Notes: generated by a model not told the origin, from the letters alone. A stretch of DNA of 64,000 bases from an uncultured delta proteobacterium (GCA_963841435.1 CAWJCS010000005.1:1280001-1344000); one strand, 5' to 3'; shown: positions 23,592-34,925, numbered from the stretch's first letter. Numbers and translations: made by a program.

Positions 23592-24509
23592 TCAGAGCTT
23601 CGAATTCAGGGGGTCGTTGGCGTTGCCGCCCGAGCGGAACACCGAGGAGCTCGAGCTGCTGCGGTTCGACGAGCGCACGCCCCGGCCGGAGCGTGGCGCC
23701 TTCTTCTTCGCAGCGCGATCCTTGTCCTGCTCGGCGAGCTTCGCCCTCACGTCGTCGCTGAGACGCGAGTCGGCATTCTTGTCGGCAGCCGTGGGCTCGG
23801 AGGGCGCGGCCGCCGCGGGCGGCGGGCTCGCCGCCGGGTGCAGCGGCGTCTTCCAGTCACCGAGTGACGCGGGGCTCGGACCGGTGAGCGGTGTGGTGGT
23901 CGGAACCGGCACGGCGGCGACGGGCGGCACGCTGCTCGCCTTGACGACACCGAAGCCCGCGGCGCCGAGCACGACGGCGGCGGCGAGCACGACGCCGAAG
24001 GTCTTTGCCTTGCTGCGCTTGAACGGGGCGTCGAGCTGGCCGAGATCCAGGTCCTGGACGACCGGAACGGTGCTGAGAGGCGCCATGCTGCTCGGCGCGG
24101 CGCTGGCCGGCGGCCAGCTCGCGGCGGAGGCCGGCGCAACACTTCCCATTTTGGCATGGGCGGCCGGCGCGCGCGACGCGCCCGGCGTGGGTCCCCAGGC
24201 AGCCGCCGGAGGCCACGCGCTCTCGCGCGACGAGGCCTGTGGCGGGTAGCTCGGCGTCGCCATCACGGCGGGCAGCGCGGGAGTCAGCGGCGCCGCGGGA
24301 GCGGCGGCCTGAGCGGGCGCCTCGTCCTCGTCGGGCAGGTCCGCAACCTCCGCGAGAGTGTGCCATTCGCTGGCGCCCACCTCCGTCACCAGCGTCTTCG
24401 CGCTGATCCGGCCTGCCTCGTAAGCCTCGACGAGCTCGTCGAGGGTCATCATCTGAACGCTGCCAGCGATCTCCACGTACCAGCGGTCTTCGGCTTCGGG
24501 GCTCTGCAT
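23592..24509 (-). CDS. GYF_2 (DUF4339) domain membrane protein
   Basis: 'WYVEI..MTLDELVEAYEAGRISAKTLV..W', Pro/Ala linker, one TM helix, C-terminal DPLNSKL. Confidence 0.75.
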   Translation of the reverse strand: MQSPEAEDRWYVEIAGSVQMMTLDELVEAYEAGRISAKTLVTEVGASEWHTLAEVADLPDEDEAPAQAAAPAAPLTPALPAVMATPSYPPQASSRESAWPPAAAWGPTPGASRAPAAHAKMGSVAPASAASWPPASAAPSSMAPLSTVPVVQDLDLGQLDAPFKRSKAKTFGVVLAAAVVLGAAGFGVVKASSVPPVAAVPVPTTTPLTGPSPASLGDWKTPLHPAASPPPAAAAPSEPTAADKNADSRLSDDVRAKLAEQDKDRAAKKKAPRSGRGVRSSNRSSSSSSVFRSGGNANDPLNSKL

Positions 24510-24741
24510 GGGGTCGTTCTCCGTGCGCGGCGCGAACGGCACGCGCTGTTGAACCCTCAAGATAGCTTGGAACCCGCGGCGCGCGAGGCGCAAAACATCA
24601 AGAAAAGCGGACGCTTGGGCACTAGTACGGTACGAATTCAATGATGCTGTCATCCCGTTTCCTTACAGACACCCACATGGCCTTCCGCTCGCGGGCGCCT
24701 TCTCTTTTCGTCCCGGACCCGACCGGGTATCGTCAGCGGTC

Positions 24742-25287
24742 GTGAAGCTCAAGACGCGCACGATCGCGCGACTCCGCGACGCCCTTTTGCAGAGCGGCCG
24801 GCGCCCGAGCCTCGTCGCCTCGTCCGCGTACGAGACGCTGACGCGCGAAGGTCTCCTCACTCCCGAGGAGGTCGCCGCGCTGAACCGCGTCGAGCCGCTC
24901 GCCGAGACCATGTTCTTGATGATGGCCGCCGACGGCAAGCTCACCACGGAGGAGCACGACGCCGTGCGCGGCGCCATTCGCGGCCTCACCGACAACGTGC
25001 TCCGGACGGGCACGATCAACGTGATGCTCGACAACTATCAGGGACGCCTGGACTCGGAAGGGCGCGAGGAGCGCCTGCACCAGATCGCCGAGACGATTTC
25101 CGAGGAAGCGAGCGAGGCCGAGGGCGCCTTCGCGCTCGCCGCGGCCGTGGCGCTCGCGGACGACGACATCGCCGAGGAGGAGAACGCGTTCATCAACCTC
25201 CTCGCCGAGTGGCTCGGTATCGCTCCCGATCGCTCCCGAGAGCTCCTCGACCAGCTCGAGGACGACGACGCCGAACCCGCGGCGTGA
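24742..25287 (+). CDS. TerB-family protein
   Basis: 'MMAADGKLTTEE' and 'VALADDDIAEEE..LAEWLGI' TerB motifs. Confidence 0.8.
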   Translation: MKLKTRTIARLRDALLQSGRRPSLVASSAYETLTREGLLTPEEVAALNRVEPLAETMFLMMAADGKLTTEEHDAVRGAIRGLTDNVLRTGTINVMLDNYQGRLDSEGREERLHQIAETISEEASEAEGAFALAAAVALADDDIAEEENAFINLLAEWLGIAPDRSRELLDQLEDDDAEPAA

Positions 25288-25376
25288 CGCGCGAACCGAG
25301 CCCGCGCACCCAAGGCTCGGTGCTCGGCGTGGTCTGACGGCTCCAGCATGACGCGCGCTCCCACGCAGGGAACGCG

Positions 25377-26664
25377 ATGACGCGCGCGCGCACGTTCGGC
25401 TGCGCAGCGCTGCTCTTCGCGTTCGGTTGTGGCTCACACACGTCGGCGTACCCGCCGCCGCCCGTACCCGTCGCGGCTCTTCCCAAGCGCTACGATCTTT
25501 GCGCGATCGCTCCCAAGGATTGCGCTGTCGAGATCGTACAATATGGCCAGCGCGACTACCGAGCGTCGCCGGAGATTTTGCTCACGGGGCCACTCTCGGG
25601 AGCACCCGCCGTCCGACGGCCGTCCCGGATGGGCCGCCTGTTGCGCGTCGCCGAAAAGGCGGCCGACACGACGCCACGCGCGCCGAGCCCACCCTCCGTG
25701 ACACCCGCGTCGAGGCCGCAGCAGGGACGCGAGCTCGTCGATCTCGAGGCCACGCTGCGCCTCGAGACGGACGACGTCGATGCCGCCGCTCGGAAGGCGC
25801 GCGCGCTCGTCCTCGCCGTCGGCGGGCAAATCGCCAACGAGACCTACGAGGACAATGCGTCGCAGTCGGGCTATGCGCTTTCGTTGCGCGTGCCGTCCGA
25901 GCGGGCAGATTGGCTGCTTCGCGAGCTTTCGGGCCTCGGCAAGGTGCTGTCCCGCAAGGTCGACGCGAGCGACGTGAGCCGCAAGCTCGGCGATGCCGAG
26001 AGCGTGCTCGAGAACCTCGAGGTGGCGCTTTCACGCTACCAGGAGCTCGCGAAGGCCGCAGCGGACGTTCGAGCAGATGACGGCGATCGAGCGCGAGCTC
26101 GAGCGTGTCCGCACGGCGATCGATCGCGTCAAGACGGATCTAGCTTGGATGCGCGACCGCGTCGCGCGGTCCACCGTGTACCTTCAGCTCACCCGCACGG
26201 CGGCCGACGTGGTCTCCGACGAGGCCAAGCTCTACCCCGGGCTACGGCTGCCGTTCGCCGTCGCGCTAAGGAGCGATGGGACGAGCTCCCGCTACCTCGG
26301 CGGTGGCCTCTCGATGTTCATCGTGCGCCCGTTCAACTTCGACCTGGACATAACGACGGACCTCGACGGAACCGAGCGCGACGGCCTCGATCTCCTGCTC
26401 GCGACGGTGGGCGTGGAGCTCTACTCGAACCTGCTCGGCGCGGGACACCGGCGCTTTCTCAATCCGTACTTCGGTTTTCGCGCCGGCTACGCGAACCTGT
26501 TCGGCGACGACGCCGTCGCCCTGGGTGGCAGCCTGGGGCTCGAGCTCTTCCGCTCCGAGCTGATGTTCGTCGAGGTTCAGACGCGGGCCTACGCGCTCGC
26601 GGGCACGGCTCGCGGCACACAGGCCCTCGTCGAGCCGGCCATCGCCCTGCACCTCGCGTATTGA
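25377..26664 (+). CDS. DUF4349-domain lipoprotein with predicted C-terminal beta-barrel, +1 frameshift near 26068
   Basis: Lipobox AFGC; 'LRVPSE..LSGLG..DVS'; removing one base at GACGTTCGAG gives DVEQMTAIERELERVR..DRVARSTVYL; ends IALHLAY. Confidence 0.75.
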
Positions 26665-27930
26665 TCAACCGCCGTGCGAGGCCGGGGCGTCGGCGGGCAG
26701 CGTGGGCTCGTCCGCGAGCGGCTCGAGCTCGAAGCACCCGTTTGCGTCCACGGGCCCGACGCGGCTGCCGTCCTTGCCGGCCGAGATCGCCACGAGATGC
26801 TCGCGCGTCTCGTTCGAGCGCGGGTCGTCGGGGGGAATCGGCTTCGGCACGTGACCGTCGAGGCCCACGGGGCAAGCCCAGACGCGCGTCCGCCGGCCGG
26901 GCTCGAACGACAGCCGCGCCACGACCCCGATGTTCGTGAAGCGCGCCCAGTCGTGGCCCGCGAAGACGAAGTTGCCCAGGCTGTAGAGGATGGGCCGCCC
27001 GGCGCCCCACGCGACACCCTGCGGCACGTGGGGGTGATGGCCGATCACGGCGTCAACCAGGCCACGCCGCGCGAGCGAAGTCAGCAGGCGCCGCGTCCCC
27101 GGCATGGGCTGAGCCTGATATTCGGCGCCGCCGTGATACGACAGGAGCACGATATCGGCCTCGCGGCGCGCACGCTCGAGCGCGGGCACGAGGCGCTCTT
27201 CGCGCGCCCAGGCGACGTAGTTTCGCCCCTCGTGGCGGGAAAATGGCGGCACGTTCCAGATGTGCGTCACCGCGACGATCGCGACGCGCTTGCCGCGCAA
27301 CGCGAGGATCTTCGGCGCGTACGCCTCGCTCACGGTCCGCCCAGTGCCCGCCGCGAGAACCTTTGCGCGCGCGAGGTTGTCGAGCGTCTCGAGCAGCGCG
27401 TCGCGGCCGTAATCCCAGGCGTGGTTGTTCGCAGTGGAGACCACCTGGAACCCTGCGTGCGCGAGCGTCTCGGCGCCCCCTGGTGGCCCCGTGAAGATCA
27501 GCCGGTTCCGGGGTGACTGCGTTTCGCCGTTCTGATCGCTGAGCTGCGACTCGAGGTTCGCGAAGCGGAGATCGGCTCCCGCGAACAACGGCTCGACGAA
27601 GCGAAACGGGTCATAGGTCGGGTCCGCGAGGATGGCGTCACCACATTCGCGCCCGAGGTTCACGTCGCCACCCGCCACGACGACGAACGGCTTCGGCGCG
27701 GACGCCGAGGCCGAGCCGGACGGCGAGACCCCGCTGCCGCCGGCACTCGACCCTCCGGGTGCCACGGCGGGGAGCGTGGCGGGCGCTCGGGGCGCCGTCG
27801 CGGCAACCGGGTCCCGCTCCCGCTCCCGTGCCGGCTGCCCGGGCGGATGCCGTACCGCCGCGGCTCCGGCGAGCGCCAGCGGAACGGCGACGGCCGAAAC
27901 GAGCAGGGCGAGCTTTCGCTTGGGGAGCAC
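26665..27930 (-). CDS. CapA family (poly-gamma-glutamate synthesis-type) metallophosphatase
   Basis: GDV, NLE, ANNHAWDYG, HGGAEY, GHHPHV, YSLGNF motifs. Confidence 0.9.
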   Translation of the reverse strand: MLPKRKLALLVSAVAVPLALAGAAAVRHPPGQPARERERDPVAATAPRAPATLPAVAPGGSSAGGSGVSPSGSASASAPKPFVVVAGGDVNLGRECGDAILADPTYDPFRFVEPLFAGADLRFANLESQLSDQNGETQSPRNRLIFTGPPGGAETLAHAGFQVVSTANNHAWDYGRDALLETLDNLARAKVLAAGTGRTVSEAYAPKILALRGKRVAIVAVTHIWNVPPFSRHEGRNYVAWAREERLVPALERARREADIVLLSYHGGAEYQAQPMPGTRRLLTSLARRGLVDAVIGHHPHVPQGVAWGAGRPILYSLGNFVFAGHDWARFTNIGVVARLSFEPGRRTRVWACPVGLDGHVPKPIPPDDPRSNETREHLVAISAGKDGSRVGPVDANGCFELEPLADEPTLPADAPASHGG

Positions 27931-28023
27931 GACCCCCCATTATCCCAGCTTCTGCCCGTCCGGGCGAAGGGCCGACTGCCACCACCAATCCCGGGCGCCA
28001 TTAGCCGACTATCCTGGGCCGCC

Positions 28024-28986
28024 GTGAGCCGCCTTCTTTGCGTGAGCGCCCTCGCGCTGACTTCGGCTTGCGCCAGCCAATTCTACGCGAGCGGGGATGC
28101 ACCCGTGCGCTCACCGTGGGTCAACGCACGACCCGACGAGCTGGCGACGGGACCCGCCGCCACGTTCGTCACGAGCGTCCAGGTCGCGGGACGACGCGGC
28201 GTCCGCCTGAGGAACGCACTGCTCGCGACGAGCTCGTCGGCGCCCTGCTCCTCGACGCTGACCTTCACGCGCTTGAAGCGCGACGGCGTGGACATCACCG
28301 CCGGGCCACTCTCGCTCGAAGGCTCGCACCGGCTGACGTTCACCTTCCGCGACGAGCCTCGGCTGGCACGGCTCGACGCCGGCGCGGCGATCGATCTTGC
28401 CATCGAAGACGACGACGGCAGCGGGTGCGTGCGCGTGCCGCTGGTCGGTGGAACGAGTGCACCGCGCTTTCGTCCGAAGAACGAGCTTCGCTACGCGATG
28501 GGCGCGCGGCTCCGATCGTTTCCGCTGCAATACCGCGACCGCGGCAACGTGGCGCCGCTCGGCGGCGCGGCGTTCTGGTTCGGCGTGCAGGACCTCGCGC
28601 AGCGCGCATATATCGAGGAAAGTGCGTCTTTCACGAACAACCCCATCAGCCGCGCCTCCGGTCACCTCGCACTGGCGGCGGCGTACGCGCGCAAGCTCTC
28701 GCTGGGCGGACCGTTCGAGGCATCGCTCGCGTTCGGCTACCAGCTCGACGGCTACTTCGCCCGCGAGCCCGGCGAGGAACGGAGCCGCCGCCACCTCTTG
28801 CACGGACCCGAGCTCACACCTGCGGTCTCGGTCGCGCTCGTCCCCGGCAATCATCCCGCGACCACGCTCGGCGGCACGCTGCACCTCGAGATCGGCGTGC
28901 CGACAGTGGTCCTCCTCGGCGCCCCCAATGCCGAGGGCGCAACGGTCGTCGGCGGCTTCACCTTCGGCTGCTTCGGGGTCTTTTGA
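28024..28986 (+). CDS. Hypothetical lipoprotein with predicted C-terminal beta-barrel
   Basis: GTG 28024, lipobox LTSAC, amphipathic strands, terminal Phe. Confidence 0.65.
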   Translation: MSRLLCVSALALTSACASQFYASGDAPVRSPWVNARPDELATGPAATFVTSVQVAGRRGVRLRNALLATSSSAPCSSTLTFTRLKRDGVDITAGPLSLEGSHRLTFTFRDEPRLARLDAGAAIDLAIEDDDGSGCVRVPLVGGTSAPRFRPKNELRYAMGARLRSFPLQYRDRGNVAPLGGAAFWFGVQDLAQRAYIEESASFTNNPISRASGHLALAAAYARKLSLGGPFEASLAFGYQLDGYFAREPGEERSRRHLLHGPELTPAVSVALVPGNHPATTLGGTLHLEIGVPTVVLLGAPNAEGATVVGGFTFGCFGVF

Positions 28987-29070
28987 CCGTCAGGGTGGAA
29001 ACCCGTGGAGCGCCCACGCGCGAGAAATCCCCCTGCCGGCAGGCGCCCCGCGGTGCTAGATAGGTCGGCC

Positions 29071-30391
29071 GTGAAAATTGCAATCATTGGTACGGGATAC
29101 GTTGGGTTGGTCGCGGGGGCCTGCTTTGCCGACTCGGGGACGCACGTCGTTTGCGTTGACGTCGACGAGCAGAAGCTCGAGAAGCTGAAAAAGGGCGACG
29201 TACCCTTCTTCGAGCCGAACCTCGCCGAGCTCGTGAAGAAGAACTGGCCGGCTCGGCTCGAGTTCACCTCGAACCTGCCCACTGCGATCGACGGGTGCGA
29301 GGTGGTCTTCGTCGCCGTGGGCACGCCGCCCCAGGAGGACGGCTCGGCGGATCTCAGCCACGTGCTCAAGGTGGCCGAGCAGGTCGCGAAGGCGGCGAAG
29401 CACGAGGTCGCCCTCGTGTTGAAGAGCACCGTGCCCGTCGGCACGAACGCGCGTGTGCGCGAGGTCGTCGAGAAGCACGCCAAGGTCAAGATCAACGTCG
29501 TCAGCAATCCGGAGTTCTTGAAGGAAGGCGACGCCGTCAACGACTTCTTGAAGCCCGATCGCATCGTCGTCGGAACGGACGACGACCGCGCGTACGACGC
29601 GCTCTCGCGCCTTTACGCGCCGTTCAACCGGCAGCGCAACCGCATCCAGCGCATGTCGCCGAAGAGTGCGGAGATCGTGAAGTACGCGGCCAACGCGCTG
29701 CTCGCGACCAAGATTCTCGTTCATGAACGAGATTGCTCGGCTCTGTGACATCGCGGGCGGCGACGCCGAGCACGTGCGCGTCGCCGTCGGGTCCGACGAG
29801 CGCATCGGCATGCAATTCCTCTATCCGGGCCTCGGCTTCGGCGGCAGCTGCTTCCCCAAGGATCTGCGCGCCCTCGTGCGCACGGGCGAGGAGCTCGGTG
29901 TCAACATGGCGGTCTCGCGGGCGGCGGTCGCCGCCAACGAGGGCCCCGTGCGCTACCTCCTCGAGCACCTCGAAGCGGACCTCGGCGGCCTCAAGGACAA
30001 GGTCATCGCGATCTGGGGCCTGGCGTTCAAGCCGCGCACCGACGACGTGCGCGAGGCGCCCGCGCTCCGTCTCATCCGCGAGATCGTCAAGCGTGGCGGC
30101 AGCGTGCGGGCGACGGACCCGGAGGCGCTGAACACCGCGAAGGAACGGCTCGTTGCCTCGGGCGGGCTCGAGCGCATCGAACTCATGAGCGACACGTACG
30201 CCACCTGTGAGGGCGCCGACGCCATGGTGCTCGCCACGGAGTGGAGCGAGTATCGCGCACCGGATCTTCCGCAAATCAAGGCGCTGATGCGCGGTCGCCA
30301 CGTGTTCGACGGGCGCAACGTGTTCGTGCCGGAAGCGGTCGTCGACGCGGGGCTCGTCTACCGCGGCATGGGCCGACCGAAGCGCGGCTAG
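29071..30391 (+). CDS. ugd: UDP-glucose 6-dehydrogenase, +1 frameshift near 29714
   Basis: GTGYVG, VGTP, KSTVPVG, SNPEFLKEG, GFGGSCFPKD, GLAFKPRTDD; removing one T from GATTC (29712-29716) restores conserved ATKISFMNE. Confidence 0.93.
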
Positions 30392-30463
30392 CCCGCGGCG
30401 CGTGCCTGCGCCGGCCCGGGCGCAGCGACCACGCCTTTGAATCTCGGCTCGGCGTCGCGCCCG

Positions 30464-31489
30464 TCAGCGAACGATCGGCACGTCGGCGTCGAAGTCGAAG
30501 CACTCCCGGTCGCCCGACACCCACTTGATGGAATTATACCAGAACTGAGGCACCTGGTAGTACTGCTCGGCCTTACGACCGTTGCAGTAGCCGTGCGCAG
30601 GGTCGGTCTCGCACGTCATGGCGCCCGTGCCGTCCCACTGGCTCGTGTACGTGACCCACTCGTCGGCGAACACGAACACGCGACCCGCGTCAACCTGCTT
30701 GCTCGCGCCGTACACGCTCGTGCCCTGAACGACGACATCGCCCCCCATCACGGAGCGACCGTGGAACGCCCCGACCCGCGTGATGTTGGCCGCGATCGGG
30801 TTTGCCGTGTTCCAACCCGTGACGGGCACCGAGTTCGAGGCGCAGCAGCAGTCGTTGTCGGGGCAGGTGCCGAGGATGTCGTCCTTGGCGTACGACATGC
30901 CGGTGAAGGCGATGAGCTGGTTGGTCGGGTCCACTTCCTGGCTGTTCCCGCCGTAGCCCGTGAGAGTGATGAGGCCGCCGCCCGCGCGGATCCACGCTTC
31001 GAAATTCGCCTGCTCGGTCGCGTCGAAGCTCCAGTAGGGGCCTCCTTCGCGGTCCTCGAGCGCCTGGAAGATGAGCACGTCGTACTGATCGAAGAAGTCG
31101 GTCGTGAACGGCGTGTCCGTCGTGTACGTCGTGACGACGGCGCTGCTCTTGCTGTTGAGCCACTGCGTGAGCGCCGCGGTGCTGTCGTTGCCGGGCACGG
31201 CGCCGTACGTCGGTAGCCGCCCGACCACGCCGATGCGCACGCACGGTCCGTCGGTGCTGCCGTCCGGACCCGAGATGCTGGCCGCCGAGCCGCCGCTGCC
31301 CGGGTTGATGCTGCCGCCACTGCCCGGGTTGATGTCGCCGCCGCTGCCGGTTGGACCCGTCGCTCCGGAGGAAAGGCTCGGATCGGGAGGAGGGGCGGCG
31401 CTGCTGCACGATGCAGCCGCCGCAAACGAGAGACCAGCGACCACTGCGCCCAAGAAACGAGGCCGTACCAAGCGAAGAGAATGTTTCAT
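30464..31489 (-). CDS. Hypothetical lipoprotein (Gly-rich linker, alpha/beta domain)
   Basis: Lipobox AASC, duplicated INPGSGG linker, 'WIRAGGGLITLTGY', 'GRVFVFADEW'. Confidence 0.7.
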   Translation of the reverse strand: MKHSLRLVRPRFLGAVVAGLSFAAAASCSSAAPPPDPSLSSGATGPTGSGGDINPGSGGSINPGSGGSAASISGPDGSTDGPCVRIGVVGRLPTYGAVPGNDSTAALTQWLNSKSSAVVTTYTTDTPFTTDFFDQYDVLIFQALEDREGGPYWSFDATEQANFEAWIRAGGGLITLTGYGGNSQEVDPTNQLIAFTGMSYAKDDILGTCPDNDCCCASNSVPVTGWNTANPIAANITRVGAFHGRSVMGGDVVVQGTSVYGASKQVDAGRVFVFADEWVTYTSQWDGTGAMTCETDPAHGYCNGRKAEQYYQVPQFWYNSIKWVSGDRECFDFDADVPIVR

Positions 31490-31631
31490 CTTGCCCACCA
31501 TCAGGTTTGTAATGAGTCTAGCGGGGAGGCGCCTGGTGCGCCAAGCCGCCAGCCGGCCGGTCGCTGAGAAACGACCGCGAAACAAGTCGATAACCCTCGC
31601 GGCGAGCCGCTCTGCGACGCTCCAACACCCC

Positions 31632-34600
31632 GTGACCCTCCGCGTCGCCCTCCACCACCGTACCCATTACCGCTACGACCGCGTCGTCGCGCTCGGACCG
31701 CAGGTCGTCCGCTTGCGACCGGCGAATCACTCGCGCACGCGCGTGACCAGCTACTCGTTCAAGGTCTCGCCGAGCGCGCACTTCTTGAACTGGCAGCAGG
31801 ACCCGCACGGCAACTGGCTCGCGCGCCTGGTGTTCCCCGAGAAGACCGACCACCTCTCGCTCGAGGTCGATCTCGTCGCCGACCTCGCGGTCATCAATCC
31901 GTTCGACTTCTTCCTCGACGACGAAGCCGAGACGGTTCCCTTCAAGTACGACGAGTCGCTCGAGCCGGAGCTCGCGCCTTACCTCAGGCTGAACCCCGGC
32001 GGTCCGCTCCTCGAGAAGTTCGTCAAATCGCTCGTCATGCGCGGGCGCACCGTGGACTTCCTGGTGGAGCTCATTCGACGCCTGCACGAGTGCACCAAAT
32101 ACGTGATTCGCCTCGAGCCCGGAGTGCAGACGCCCGAGCAAACGCTCGAGCTCGCTAGCGGCTCGTGCCGCGACTCCGGCTGGCTCCTCGTTCAAATCCT
32201 GCGCCGCCTCGGGCTCGCCGCACGCTTTGCTTCCGGCTACCTGATCCAGCTCAAGCCCGATCAGAAGTCGCTCGATGGCCCCTCCGGCGCCGAGCAAGAC
32301 TTCACCGATCTGCACGCGTGGGCGGAGGTCTACCTGCCGGGCGCCGGCTGGGTCGGGCTCGACGCGACCTCCGGCCTTTTCACCGGGGAAGGCCACATTC
32401 CGCTCGCCTGCACGCCTGACCCCTGGGGTGCCGCGCCGCTCACGGGCGTGATGGACGAGTGCGAAGCCGATCTCGTCCACGAGATGAAGGTGACGCGCAT
32501 CGAGGAGTCGCCGCGCGTCACGCTGCCCTACAGCGAGGAGCAGTGGGCGCGCGTCGAGGCGCTCGCCGAGCGCGTTGACCGGGATCTGGTCGCAGGGGAC
32601 GTCAGGCTCACGATGGGCGGCGAGCCGACCTTCGTGTCCATCGACGACATGGACGGATTCGAATGGAACTATGGCGCGCTCGGCGACGACAAGCGGCGGC
32701 TCGCCGGCGCGCTGTTCCGGCGCCTGGCCGGCCACTTCGCGCACGCACCGCTTCTGCACTACGGCATGGGCAAGTGGTACCCCGGTGAGCAGCTGCCGCG
32801 CTGGGCACTCGGCTGCTACTGGCGGAAGGACGGCGAGGCCATTTGGTCGGACGACGCCCGCTACGCGCGCGACGGCGAGAACGACAACGCCAAGGAAGGG
32901 GACGCGAGCCGCCTGCTCGCCGCGGTGTCGCGGCACCTCGGCGTCGACGACCGCCACGCCCAGGCCGCTTACGAAGACGTGTTCTGGTACTCGCTGCGCG
33001 AGCGCCGCTTGCCCGTGAACGTCAACATTTCCGACAGCCGTATCGAGGACGAGATCGAGCGGGCACGCATCGCCCGGGTCTTCGAGCAGGGCATCGGCAG
33101 CGCCGTCGGCCACACCCTGCCGCTCCGGCCGATCGGCGGCGGACGCTGGCAGTCCGGCCCCTGGTTTTTGCGGCGCGAGCGGCTCTTTCTGACACCCGGT
33201 GATTCGCCCATGGGCTACCGGCTGCCGCTCGACTCGCTGCCGTGGGTCGCGCCCGGCGACTACCCCTACGTGATCCCGCCCGATCCCTTTGCGCCGCGTG
33301 ACGCCCTACCGCCCTGGGGCGGCCGACGCCGGCGCCAGCAGCCCGGCGAGCCGCACCCCGTCGTACGCGAGACGCCACCGAAGCGTCTCGAGTCGGACGA
33401 TCAGTCGGTGCGCACGGCGCTCTGCGCCGAGCCGCGCGACGGCATCCTGCACCTGTTCATGCCGCCGATCGCCCACCTCGAAGACTATCTCGATCTCCTG
33501 TTCGCCATCGAGGAGAGCGCGAAAGAGCTCGGGGCCCGCGTGCGCATCGAGGGGTACCTGCCGCCGAGCGACCCGCGACTCGAGAAGTTCTCCGTCACCC
33601 CCGACCCGGGAGTGATCGAGGTCAACATCCACCCGTCGAAGACCTTTGCCGAGCTGTCGCACGTCACGACCACGCTCTACGAGGAAGCGCGGCAAACGCG
33701 GCTCGGTACCGAGAAGTTCCTGCTCGACGGGCGCCACACCGGCACGGGCGGCGGCAACCACGTCACCCTCGGCGGCGCGACCCTGGAAGACAGCCCGTTT
33801 TTGCGCCGGCCGGATCTGCTCGGCAGCTTGATCGGCTATTGGCTCGACCACCCGGCGCTAAGCTACCTGTTTTCGGGCATGTTCATCGGGCCCACGAGCC
33901 AGGCGCCGCGCGTTGACGAAGCGCGCAGCGAGGCCACGCACGAGCTCGAAATCGCGCTCGGCGTGATCAGGGAGCTCGGCGCGCGACCCGTCGCGCCCTG
34001 GCTCACCGATCGGGTGTTCCGTCACTTGCTCGCCGACGTGACGGGCAACACGCACCGCACCGAGTTCTGTATCGACAAGCTCTATTCGCCGGACGGACCT
34101 ACGGGCCGGAACGGGCTCGTGGAAATGCGCGCGTTCGAAATGCCGCCGCACGCTCGCATGAGCCTCGCGCAGCTGCTGCTCGTGCGCGCCTGCGTTGCGG
34201 CCTTCTGGCACAAGCCGTACCGGGCGCACCTCCCCCGCTGGGGCACGGATCTACACGATCGCTTCATGCTGCCGCACTTCGTGAACCAGGATTTCCGCGA
34301 CGTGCTCGCCGACCTGGGCGACCGGGGGTACGCCTTCGATCGGCGCTGGTTCGACGCGCACTTCGAGTTCCGCTTCCCACTCGTCGGAACCATCACGCAC
34401 GACTCCGTGCAGCTCGAGCTACGCCGGGCCCTCGAGCCGTGGCACGTGCTGCCCGAGGAGAACGACGCAGGCAGCACGGCACGCAACGTCAACTCCTCGC
34501 TCGAGCGCGTGCAAGTGATGGTGCGAGGGGCCGTTCCGGGGCGTCACCTGGTCGCCTGCAACGGCTTCGTCGCGCCCCTGCACCCGACGGGAACGCGCGG

Positions 34601-34925
34601 CGAAGCGGTCGCCGGCGTTCGCTTCCGCGCGTGGCGCCTGCCGTCGGCGCTGCACCCCACGGTCCCGCCTCATGCCCCGCTCGTTTTCTCGCTGATCGAC
34701 AGCTGGACCGAGCGGGCGCTCGGCGGGTGCACGCTTTCGGTGAGTCACCCGGGCGGCCTCTCGCACGAGCGCTTCCCCGTCAACGCGATGGAGGCGGAGT
34801 CGCGACGCGGCGTCTTGTTCGTCCCGCTCGGTCACGCCCACGGGCGCATCGATCCGCGCGAGCTCGCGCGCCCGGTCAACCCGGATTTCCCGCTCACGCT
34901 GGATCTCCGGCGCACGCATGTCTGA
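31632..34925 (+). CDS. Transglutaminase fused to DUF2126 putative amidoligase (COOH-NH2 ligase)
   Basis: TGase triad motifs GSCRD, LHAW, GLDAT; ligase motifs TMGGEPTFVS, TPDPGVIEVN, GGGNHVT, HRTEFCIDK, EMRAFEM. Confidence 0.92.
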   Translation: MTLRVALHHRTHYRYDRVVALGPQVVRLRPANHSRTRVTSYSFKVSPSAHFLNWQQDPHGNWLARLVFPEKTDHLSLEVDLVADLAVINPFDFFLDDEAETVPFKYDESLEPELAPYLRLNPGGPLLEKFVKSLVMRGRTVDFLVELIRRLHECTKYVIRLEPGVQTPEQTLELASGSCRDSGWLLVQILRRLGLAARFASGYLIQLKPDQKSLDGPSGAEQDFTDLHAWAEVYLPGAGWVGLDATSGLFTGEGHIPLACTPDPWGAAPLTGVMDECEADLVHEMKVTRIEESPRVTLPYSEEQWARVEALAERVDRDLVAGDVRLTMGGEPTFVSIDDMDGFEWNYGALGDDKRRLAGALFRRLAGHFAHAPLLHYGMGKWYPGEQLPRWALGCYWRKDGEAIWSDDARYARDGENDNAKEGDASRLLAAVSRHLGVDDRHAQAAYEDVFWYSLRERRLPVNVNISDSRIEDEIERARIARVFEQGIGSAVGHTLPLRPIGGGRWQSGPWFLRRERLFLTPGDSPMGYRLPLDSLPWVAPGDYPYVIPPDPFAPRDALPPWGGRRRRQQPGEPHPVVRETPPKRLESDDQSVRTALCAEPRDGILHLFMPPIAHLEDYLDLLFAIEESAKELGARVRIEGYLPPSDPRLEKFSVTPDPGVIEVNIHPSKTFAELSHVTTTLYEEARQTRLGTEKFLLDGRHTGTGGGNHVTLGGATLEDSPFLRRPDLLGSLIGYWLDHPALSYLFSGMFIGPTSQAPRVDEARSEATHELEIALGVIRELGARPVAPWLTDRVFRHLLADVTGNTHRTEFCIDKLYSPDGPTGRNGLVEMRAFEMPPHARMSLAQLLLVRACVAAFWHKPYRAHLPRWGTDLHDRFMLPHFVNQDFRDVLADLGDRGYAFDRRWFDAHFEFRFPLVGTITHDSVQLELRRALEPWHVLPEENDAGSTARNVNSSLERVQVMVRGAVPGRHLVACNGFVAPLHPTGTRGEAVAGVRFRAWRLPSALHPTVPPHAPLVFSLIDSWTERALGGCTLSVSHPGGLSHERFPVNAMEAESRRGVLFVPLGHAHGRIDPRELARPVNPDFPLTLDLRRTHV

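Noticed and set aside
29712-29716. Programmed ribosomal frameshifting in ugd, glgB, hydrolase and DUF4349
   Set aside because: No slippery heptamers or homopolymer tracts; the shared single-base context fits sequencing error better.
26665-30391. Capsule biosynthesis cluster (CapA-family plus ugd)
   Set aside because: Genes are divergent and there are no capB/capC, glycosyltransferase or export genes.
31104-31631. N-terminal extension of the DUF2126 ORF
   Set aside because: Overlaps the minus-strand lipoprotein; family similarity begins at GTG 31632.
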